DNA from: an uncultured Solirubrobacterales bacterium
GTDB taxonomy: Bacteria > Actinomycetota > Thermoleophilia > Solirubrobacterales > 70-9
DNA length: 64,000 nucleotides
Direction: 5' to 3'
Assembly: GCA_963717495.1 (NCBI GenBank)
Contig: OY970339.1
Location: 2,551,798 to 2,615,797, forward strand
The notes under the pieces are model-generated. The model had not been told where the DNA came from. It made no database searches and saw only the letters and a program-made list of their open reading frames with translations. The position numbers and the translations under genes were made by a program. This document shows positions 44,476 through 51,387 of the stretch, piece by piece. The first letter of the stretch is position 1; every line of letters begins with the position of its first letter.

Positions 44476-44602
44476 GCGCGAACGCTACCGGTGCGACCCC
44501 CGCCGGGGCGTGTCTGAGCTTGACGCCTGTATATGGCGGGTAACCTCAGACACCCCTCCTGGGGCGCCGCCGGGGCGTGGATACACTGGATCGAGTCCCC
44601 CG

Positions 44603-46435
44603 ATGACCGAGTCGACCTCTCTATATAGACGCCACCGCCCGGGCTCCTTCGACGAGGTCGTGGGCCAGCAGCACGTGGTCCGCACGCTGCGTAATGCGGT
44701 CGAGCAGGACAAGGTCCACCACGCCTATCTCTTCGTCGGCTCGCGCGGGACCGGCAAGACCTCGATGGCGAAGATCCTCGCCCGCTCGCTCAACTGCGAG
44801 CGCGATGGACCGACCATCACTCCCTGCGGCGAATGCGAGTCCTGCGTGACGATCGCCGCCGGCACCTCGATCGACGTGATCGAGATGGACGCCGCCTCCA
44901 ACCGCTCCGTCGACGACGTCCGCGACCTGCGCGAGCGGGTCGCCTACGCGCCCGCCGGCGGTCACTGGAAGGTCTACATCCTCGACGAGGCGCACATGCT
45001 GACCAAGGAGGCCTGGAACGCCTTCCTCAAGACCCTGGAGGAGCCACCCCCGAAAACGGTCTTCGTCCTCGCCACCACCGAGTCGCACAAGGTGATGGCG
45101 ACGATCGCCGACCGCTGCCAGCGCTTCGACTTCCAGCGCCCCTCGCTGGAGCAGATCTCCGAGGTGCTGAACCGGGTGGCCGCCAGCGAGGCGATCGAGG
45201 TCGACGACGGTGCCCTGGCGATGATCGCCCGCTCCGCCTCCGGCAGCTTCCGCGACGCGCTCGGCACGCTCGACCAGCTGGTCGCCTTCGGCGGCAGCCA
45301 CGTCGAACTCGGCGACGTGCTGGAGATGCTCGGCGCCGCCGACGCGGAGCTGCTGTTCGAAGCCGTCGACGCGGTGGTCGCCGAGGACCCGAAGGCGGTG
45401 CTGCTCGGGGTCGAGAAGATGGCCCGTTCCGGCCGCGATCCCTCCCAGTTCGCCCGCGACCTGCTCGCCCACTTGCGCTTCCTCCTGGTCACCCAGACGA
45501 CCGGCGAGGTGCCGACCTCCTTCGTGGTCACCGCCACCGACTCGGCCCGGCTGCAGAGCCAGGCAGCGGCGATCGGCACGGCATCTCTGATCCGGACCAT
45601 CGACGAGTTGGCGGTCGCGCTGACCGCCGTGCGCGAGGGAGACGACGCGCGCATGGCGGTCGAGATCGCCCTGCTCAAAGCGGCGCGGCCGGATCTGGAT
45701 CCTTCTACCGAGGGGCTGCTGCGGCGGATCGAGCGGCTGGAGGGACAGCTCTCCGGTGAGGGAGATAGGGCCGCGGGTCCTGTCGCGGCGGCATCCCCCA
45801 CGGTGCTCGGCGCCGGAGGCGCCTCCGCGCCGCGGGGGACCCCCGCCACCGCGCCACCCGCGGCAGATTCCGCACCGGAAGATGTTCAGCAACCGACCGA
45901 GCCGGAGGCGGAGCAGCCAAGTGAGCCCGAGGCATCTGACGAAGACGCCTCTCCGGCGGGTGGCGCGGCGGGGGGGGACCCCCGCGGCGCGGAGGATGCG
46001 GAGCATCCGGGCACCGTGGGGGTGCCCGCCGCGACAGGACCCGCCGGCCTGGCCGCCGATCTGGATTTGGAGGGGCTCACCCGAGCGTGGCCGGCGGTGC
46101 TCGAGAAGCTGGGGGAGGCGAAGGGGGCGGGGGCCCTGGCGGCGACGCTGGCGCGGGCGCGTCCGGTCGGGCTCGACGAAGGGGTCTTGGAGGTCGGCCT
46201 TCCCGCCGACGAACCCTTCAACAAACGCAAGGCGGAATCGGCGGAGCGACGCGAGGAGCTGATCGCGGCGCTGCGCTCGGTCACCGGCCAGGACCTGAAA
46301 CCCACTTACGTCCTCCTCGACAGCGAGAGTGAGGCGCCGGAGGCGCCCGCGCCTGCCCAGGGGGCCGAGGCACTTGACGAGGAAGAGCTGCTGGCGCGGC
46401 TGAAGAGCGAGTTCGATGCGGAGGAGGTCAGTTAG
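44603..46435 (+). CDS. dnaX: DNA polymerase III subunit gamma/tau
   Basis: Start 'MTESTSLYRRHRPGSFDEVVGQQHV'. Walker A 'GSRGTGKTS', 'YILDEAHML', Zn module 'CGECESC'. Low-complexity Ala/Pro/Glu tau region. Confidence 0.92.
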   Translation: MTESTSLYRRHRPGSFDEVVGQQHVVRTLRNAVEQDKVHHAYLFVGSRGTGKTSMAKILARSLNCERDGPTITPCGECESCVTIAAGTSIDVIEMDAASNRSVDDVRDLRERVAYAPAGGHWKVYILDEAHMLTKEAWNAFLKTLEEPPPKTVFVLATTESHKVMATIADRCQRFDFQRPSLEQISEVLNRVAASEAIEVDDGALAMIARSASGSFRDALGTLDQLVAFGGSHVELGDVLEMLGAADAELLFEAVDAVVAEDPKAVLLGVEKMARSGRDPSQFARDLLAHLRFLLVTQTTGEVPTSFVVTATDSARLQSQAAAIGTASLIRTIDELAVALTAVREGDDARMAVEIALLKAARPDLDPSTEGLLRRIERLEGQLSGEGDRAAGPVAAASPTVLGAGGASAPRGTPATAPPAADSAPEDVQQPTEPEAEQPSEPEASDEDASPAGGAAGGDPRGAEDAEHPGTVGVPAATGPAGLAADLDLEGLTRAWPAVLEKLGEAKGAGALAATLARARPVGLDEGVLEVGLPADEPFNKRKAESAERREELIAALRSVTGQDLKPTYVLLDSESEAPEAPAPAQGAEALDEEELLARLKSEFDAEEVS

Positions 46436-46783
46436 GTGGCTCGAGGAGGCGGACCCGGGGGCTTCGACGTGAACGCCCTGATGAAACAGGCGCAGCAGAT
46501 GCAGGACCAGATGCTGCAGGCGCAGGAGCAGCTCAAAGAGGAGACGGTCGAGGCCAGCGCCGGCGGCGGCATGGTCAAGGTCAAGATGGGCGGCGACCTG
46601 ACCCTGCGCGAGATCTCGATCGACCCGGAGGCGATCGACCCGGAGGAGGCCGAGATGCTGGCCGAGATGGTCCAGGCCGCGGTCAACGAGGGCCTGCGCG
46701 CCGCGCAGGAGCTGGCCAGCTCGAAAATGGGCGGCATCACCGGCGGTCTCGGTGGCGGCCTCGGGGGGGCCCTGGGCGGTTGA
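46436..46783 (+). CDS. ybaB: Nucleoid-associated protein YbaB/EbfC
   Basis: 115 aa with 'MKQAQQMQDQMLQAQEQL' and 'GGGMVKVKMGGDLTLREISIDPE'. Canonical position between dnaX and recR. Confidence 0.9.
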   Translation: MARGGGPGGFDVNALMKQAQQMQDQMLQAQEQLKEETVEASAGGGMVKVKMGGDLTLREISIDPEAIDPEEAEMLAEMVQAAVNEGLRAAQELASSKMGGITGGLGGGLGGALGG

Positions 46784-47382
46784 GCACGGAGGGCCCGGCC
46801 CCGCTCGCGCGCCTCGTCGCCGAGCTCTCGCGACTGCCGGGGATCGGCCAGCGGACCGCCCAGCGGCTCGCCTTCCACCTGCTGCGGGCCCCCGACGAAG
46901 AGGCCTTCGCGCTCGGCGACGCGATCCGCGAGATGAAGGAGAAGGTCGGGCTCTGCGAGGAGTGCTTCAACCTCGCCGAGGGGCCGCTCTGCCGGATCTG
47001 CGCCGACCAGAACCGCGACCGGGCCTCGATCTGCGTGGTCGAGGAGCCGGCCGACGTGATCCCGATCGAGCGCACCCACGAATATCGCGGCCTCTACCAC
47101 GTGCTCGGCGGCGCTCTCTCGCCGATCGACGGGGTCGACGCCCAGGACCTGAAGATCGCCGAGCTGCTGCGCCGGATCGAGCGCGGCGGCACCACCGAGG
47201 TGGTTCTGGCGACCAACCCGACCACGACCGGTGAGGCGACCGCCCTGCACATCGCCGACGAGCTGCGCGGCAAGGTCGCGGTCACCCGCCTGGCCAGCGG
47301 CCTGCCGGTCGGAGCGGACCTCGAGCACGCCGACGAGGTCACTCTCGGCAAGGCGCTCGCCGGCCGCCGCAGCCTCGATTAG
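46780..47382 (+). CDS. recR: Recombination protein RecR
   Basis: 'LPGIGQRTAQRLAFHLL' (HhH), the C4 zinc finger 'CEECFNLAEGPLCRIC' and a Toprim domain. Confidence 0.92.
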   Translation: MSTEGPAPLARLVAELSRLPGIGQRTAQRLAFHLLRAPDEEAFALGDAIREMKEKVGLCEECFNLAEGPLCRICADQNRDRASICVVEEPADVIPIERTHEYRGLYHVLGGALSPIDGVDAQDLKIAELLRRIERGGTTEVVLATNPTTTGEATALHIADELRGKVAVTRLASGLPVGADLEHADEVTLGKALAGRRSLD

Positions 47383-47479
47383 CTGCGAGCCGATTGAACA
47401 TCCGTCCTGGACGAAGATCTGCCCGCAAATAGCGGATTTCCGCGGCTCTTGCGTCCGCTGCTTTCGGGAAGGTCACAGG

Positions 47480-48208
47480 GTGGCGACCCAGCGGGATTCA
47501 GGCGACGGCTCAGACGGACGTTCGCCGGCGGGGCGGATCGCCCACGAGGTCTCCTCGCTGCAGGCCTCGCTGCTGGCCAAGCTGCGGCAGGAGCTGAACG
47601 GGGAGGAGCCCGAGCAGTTCGCCCTCGCGGCCGAGCGCCTGGCCACCGACTTCGGCTCGGTGGCGGCGACCGCGGTCGATGCCGCATACGAGCAGCAGGC
47701 GGCACCGGCGCAGACGAGCGACGAGCATCGCGAGCTGACCAGCCTCTACCAGCCGGGTCACATGCGCCGCCGTCTCGACCAGATGGCCGAGACCAACCGC
47801 CGTTACGGCCACCCCTTCGCGCTCGCCGTCTTCGACGCCTCCGGGCCGGGGACGCGCGACGGCGATGCCGGCGGCGGCCAGGAGACGGTGCTGGCGATCG
47901 TCGGCGCGGCGCTGCGCGACAGTATCCGCCTGGTCGACGAAGCCTTCCGCCTCGAGGAGGACGCGATCTGCGTCCTCGCCCCCAACCTGCGCACGGTCGA
48001 AGCGGTGCAGATGGCGGAGCGGCTGCTGGGCCAGCTGCAGGAGCTGGAGCGGGCGGGCGGTCTGCGGATCGCGGTCTCGGCCGGGGTCGTCGCCTGTCCC
48101 GAGCACGGCGCCGACGTCGATCTGCTCCTGCACAAGGCCGACGCGGCGATGTGGCGAGCGCGCGCGGTGGGGCAGCCGGTCGGCCTCGGCGCCTTGCAAG
48201 ATCGCTGA
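47480..48208 (+). CDS. Degenerate GGDEF-domain protein (active-site motif replaced)
   Basis: GGDEF-fold landmarks 'RRRLDQMAETNRRYGHPFALAVFD' and 'LLHKADAAMWRARAVG', but the GG[DE]EF position reads 'RLEEDAICVLAP'. GTG start 47480 inside track ORF 47231..48208. Confidence 0.65.
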   Translation: MATQRDSGDGSDGRSPAGRIAHEVSSLQASLLAKLRQELNGEEPEQFALAAERLATDFGSVAATAVDAAYEQQAAPAQTSDEHRELTSLYQPGHMRRRLDQMAETNRRYGHPFALAVFDASGPGTRDGDAGGGQETVLAIVGAALRDSIRLVDEAFRLEEDAICVLAPNLRTVEAVQMAERLLGQLQELERAGGLRIAVSAGVVACPEHGADVDLLLHKADAAMWRARAVGQPVGLGALQDR

Positions 48209-48309
48209 CAGATTCCGGAAATTTGTCCATAACCGATGTAAACCCGCGTTTGCGGTGGGAAACTGGCGTACGCGCGTCGAATGGGTCGCGCAACCACCCC
48301 TCTCTTCAG

Positions 48310-49149
48310 ATGCCAGGAATCCGAACCAACGCAGCGGCCGAAGTGCTCGGCGTCAGCCCCAACACGCTCCGCAGCTGGGAGCGTCGCTACGGCTACCCGA
48401 CGCCCAAGCGCACCGTCGGCAACCACCGCAACTACGAGCTGGTCGAGCTGCAGACCCTGCGCGATGCCCTCGCCCAGACCGGCAACATCTCTTCGGCGAT
48501 CGAGCTGGCGCGCCAGCGCCAGGAGGCCCCGGCCAGCGGTGGAGAGATCCTCGCTGCGCTCGAGAACTTCGACGAGGCCGCCGCCGACCGCGCGATCGAG
48601 GAGAGCCTGGCGCTGCGGCCGCTGGAGCGCACGGTCGAGGAGATGCTGCTGCCGGCGATCGACGAGCTCGCCGCCGACCCCGACCGCGAGGCCGAGCTCG
48701 AGTTCGCCTCGCGCTGGGCGACCGGCTGGCTGCACGGCGCCCGCCGCCTCGCCCCCGCCGCCTCGCGCCCGGCCGGGATCCTGCTGCTCGACTCGAGCGA
48801 CGGACAGGACGCCGAGGCGGTCCACACCCAGGCGCTGGACCTGGCCCTGCGCCGCGCCGGCTTCCGCGTCCTCGTCCTCTCCAACGGCCTCGGCGACGAG
48901 CGCCTCGAGCGCGCCCTCGGCGCCCTCGACCCGACCGCGATCGTCGTCTGCGGCCCCGGTGCCGACACTCAGGGCGCGGTCAAGCTTGTCCGCAAGATCC
49001 GCGAGCTCGGCTTCGTCGCTCCGCTCTTCGGCTTCCGCGCCGCCGGTCTGATCGGCGCCGCCGTACCTTCGGCGGGGGAGAGCCCCAGCCAGGTCACCGG
49101 CATGCTCAATGCCGACCTGCGCCGCCGTGCCGCCCAGGCTTTCGCCTAA
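48310..49149 (+). CDS. MerR family transcriptional regulator with C-terminal Rossmann/B12-binding-like domain
   Basis: HTH 'AAAEVLGVSPNTLRSWERRYGYPTPKRTVGNHRNY'. The C-terminus 'GILLLDSSDGQDAEAVHTQALDLALRRAGFRVLVLSNG' resembles LitR/CarH architecture, but I saw no canonical DxHxxG. Confidence 0.7.
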   Translation: MPGIRTNAAAEVLGVSPNTLRSWERRYGYPTPKRTVGNHRNYELVELQTLRDALAQTGNISSAIELARQRQEAPASGGEILAALENFDEAAADRAIEESLALRPLERTVEEMLLPAIDELAADPDREAELEFASRWATGWLHGARRLAPAASRPAGILLLDSSDGQDAEAVHTQALDLALRRAGFRVLVLSNGLGDERLERALGALDPTAIVVCGPGADTQGAVKLVRKIRELGFVAPLFGFRAAGLIGAAVPSAGESPSQVTGMLNADLRRRAAQAFA

Positions 49150-49205
49150 CTCCTCACCTTTCCCGAACCCCGTTGGTGACCCCCCTGTCACCAGCCGGAA
49201 ACGAT

Positions 49206-49260
49206 CTGGTTACGCGCTGGTAACGGTGCTGTAACGACCTCGTAGAAGTTCGGTGAACGG
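49206..49260. promoter_or_regulatory. Five phased 11-nt direct repeats (PHO-box-like) upstream of the PstS-like gene
   Basis: The units are ctGGTTACgcg, ctGGTAACggt, gcTGTAACgac, ctCGTAGAagt and tcGGTGAAcgg, in exact 11-nt register. The reverse strand of the last unit contains GTTCACC. Confidence 0.35.
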
Positions 49261-49331
49261 GCTTGACAGAGCCATATCCGGCGCACAACTCTGCCGCCGA
49301 AAGGGTTCAGTCAACGAAAGGAATCAATCGC

Positions 49332-51269
49332 ATGAGCGATACGACGAGTGCGCCGCAGAGGGGCGTGCGCGCAATCAGGGCCGGGCTTCTCGCCTTCGCC
49401 CTGGCGGCACTGGCAGCGATCGGACTTGCCTCCCAGGCGAACGCCGATTTCACCAGCGGCAAATGTGGAGGAGTGAACACGAACGCGAACGGCGCCAGCT
49501 TCGCGAAAGGCGCGCAGGAAAGCTTCAACTCCTACTTCAAAAGCTTCTATTGCGCCGGCAGCGGGCTCGGCGTCGCATACAACGCGAACGGCAGCGGCGC
49601 CGGTATCGAAGGCGCCCAGCTGCGCGAAGGCACCTCCCGTTTCTGGGGTAGCGACGATCCCCCCACGCCGGCTCAGGTGGCGCTGATGAACTCCGGCGCG
49701 AAAAAAGAAACCGTCGAAGGCAAACCGAAAGTCGTTCCGGACGGGGTTGAAGGCAACGAGGGCAAAATCCACGTATACCCGGTCGCCGCGGGGGCGATTG
49801 CCCCTCTGGTCAACTTCCCGCTGGGCTGCGACCCCGAACAGCTGGCTGACAAATACCGCACCGTCTCGGCTGCGCAGATCACCGGCAACGCCGCGCTGAA
49901 AGGCATTCTGCGCGTTCGCTTCACCAAGGTCCAATACGAGAAAGTCTGGGCCGGGGTGGAAAACGTCAAATGGAGTGAAGCTTTCCCCGAACTCACGGGT
50001 GCCCCCTGCGAAGTGCCGATCATCCGCGTCGTGCGCTTCGACAAGTCCGGCACGACCTTCGGGTTCAAGGACTACCTGCGCACGATCAACCCCGCACGGG
50101 GCTGGACCACCACCTTCGAGAGTGGGACCGGCGAAATCGGCAACCGCGAATGGCCCAACGCCGTTTTCGGCCCCCGCGCCGACTGCCCCGGCAAAGAAGG
50201 CCCCGGCTCCCAGGAAGACAGCATCGACCACCTCACCTCGGGTTGCGAAAACGGCAACGGCGAACTGGTCAAAAAAGTGATCGCCACCGATGGTTCCATC
50301 GGCTACGCGGATATCGCCACCGCCCGCAACGCGAGCCCGACCCTCGCGGTCAACGCCGCGCTGACCGAGGCCCCGACCACTCCTTACTGGACCCAGGTCC
50401 AGAACGGGTCGATCGGTGTCGGCTCCGCGCAGGAAGGGGAAGGCAAAGGGTTCACCGAGCCGACCCTCGACGAAGCCAACGGCTTCAAGACGACGGCGGC
50501 CACGACGCCGGGTCAGAAGGGAGCCAACTGCATCTCGGGGGCCATCTTCCAGAACACCCCCGCGAACAGCTTCGGCAACTGGGCGAATACCAGCGGCGTG
50601 AACGCGGCCTCGGGCTACGGGATCTGCACGCTGACCTACGCGCTCGTGTTCGACGATAACTCGGCGGTGTTCAAAAACACCCCCGAAGAGGAGAGCAAAG
50701 CTCGTACCGTCAAGGACTATGAGGAAGGCATCGTCACCGACGCGGCTCAGGCTCAGCTCCTCGCCGCGGACTATGCGCCTCTGCCCCCGTCGCTGCTGAC
50801 GCTCGCCCGGGTCGCGGTCGCACAGATCGGCTGGAACAAGGCCGGTTCCGGCGGCGGTGGTGGTGGTGGTGGCGGAACCACCCCCGCTGTCACTCCTGCC
50901 GCCGGTGGCGGTCCCGCTCCGGTGGTCATCAGCAACCAGTTCTCGGTTCCGCGCAAGACGATCTCGTCGAAAACCGGCAGCGCGACCTTCTCGGTCAAGC
51001 TGCCCGGCGCCGGCAAGCTCGACGTCGTCGGCACCGCCAAGTCCGGCAAAAAGACGATCAAAGTCGGACAGGTCGTCCTCACCGCCGGCAAAGCCGGCAC
51101 CTACTCGGTGACCCTCAAGCCCAGCGGCGCGGCAAAGCAGCTGCTGAGCAAAAACGGCTCGCTGAAGGTCAGCCTCAAGTTCACCTTCTCGCCCACCGGC
51201 GGGACGGCGAAGAGCTCGAACAGCTCGGTGACCCTGAAGCTGGTCAAAAAAGCCGGGAGCAACGCGTAG
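49332..51269 (+). CDS. Secreted PstS-family (phosphate-binding-like) protein fused to a poly-Gly linker and Lys-rich C-terminal beta-module
   Basis: ATG 49332 after gaaaggaa. Signal peptide 'LLAFALAALAAIGLASQANA'. PstS-like 'NGASFAKGAQESF', 'NANGSGAGIEGA', 'FWGSDDPPT', 'YPVAAGAIAPLVNFP' and 'GSIGYADIA'. G9 run 'GSGGGGGGGGGTT'. Tail 'FSVKLPGAGKLDVVG...SLKVSLKFTFSPTGG'. Confidence 0.75.
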   Translation: MSDTTSAPQRGVRAIRAGLLAFALAALAAIGLASQANADFTSGKCGGVNTNANGASFAKGAQESFNSYFKSFYCAGSGLGVAYNANGSGAGIEGAQLREGTSRFWGSDDPPTPAQVALMNSGAKKETVEGKPKVVPDGVEGNEGKIHVYPVAAGAIAPLVNFPLGCDPEQLADKYRTVSAAQITGNAALKGILRVRFTKVQYEKVWAGVENVKWSEAFPELTGAPCEVPIIRVVRFDKSGTTFGFKDYLRTINPARGWTTTFESGTGEIGNREWPNAVFGPRADCPGKEGPGSQEDSIDHLTSGCENGNGELVKKVIATDGSIGYADIATARNASPTLAVNAALTEAPTTPYWTQVQNGSIGVGSAQEGEGKGFTEPTLDEANGFKTTAATTPGQKGANCISGAIFQNTPANSFGNWANTSGVNAASGYGICTLTYALVFDDNSAVFKNTPEEESKARTVKDYEEGIVTDAAQAQLLAADYAPLPPSLLTLARVAVAQIGWNKAGSGGGGGGGGGTTPAVTPAAGGGPAPVVISNQFSVPRKTISSKTGSATFSVKLPGAGKLDVVGTAKSGKKTIKVGQVVLTAGKAGTYSVTLKPSGAAKQLLSKNGSLKVSLKFTFSPTGGTAKSSNSSVTLKLVKKAGSNA

Positions 51270-51297
51270 TCCACTCCCGACCCATCGCCGGCGCAAC

Positions 51298-51331
51298 GCG
51301 ACGCCCGGGCTCACCTGAGCCCGGGCGTCGC
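51298..51331 (+). terminator. Hairpin terminator after the PstS-like gene
   Basis: 15-bp perfect stem gcgacgcccgggctc/gagcccgggcgtcgc with loop acct. There is no U-tract, so it is the I-shaped hairpin type often seen in high-GC genomes. Confidence 0.55.
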
Positions 51332-51387
51332 GCCGGTGCTGGGGCTCACCGCAACTCAACGCAACCGAAACGGCAGCAAAGGGGCAG

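Noticed and set aside
44476-44602. An SRP RNA (ffs) expected immediately upstream of dnaX, as in many Gram-positive genomes.
   Set aside because: No domain IV motif is present here. The SRP RNA is instead at about 38038-38312.
44603-46435. A programmed ribosomal frameshift or transcriptional slippage site in dnaX (gamma versus tau).
   Set aside because: I saw no A-rich slippery heptamer (A AAA AAG-type) or long A-run on reading the gene. It cannot be excluded without a systematic scan.
49263-49268. TTGACA hexamers at 49263-49268 and 27281-27286 as -35 elements.
   Set aside because: No acceptable -10 (TANNNT) lies at 16-19-nt spacing downstream in either case, unlike the 6474-6503 candidate.
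50851-50880. The ggcggcggtggtggtggtggtggcgga run, the GGC/GGT-rich stretch at about 36405-36455, and the CCG-rich run at 59038-59070, considered as possible tandem repeats or CRISPR-like arrays.
   Set aside because: They are in-frame poly-Gly, Gly-Ser and poly-Pro linkers within long ORFs. There is no repeat-spacer periodicity and no cas genes. I saw no CRISPR array anywhere in the window.
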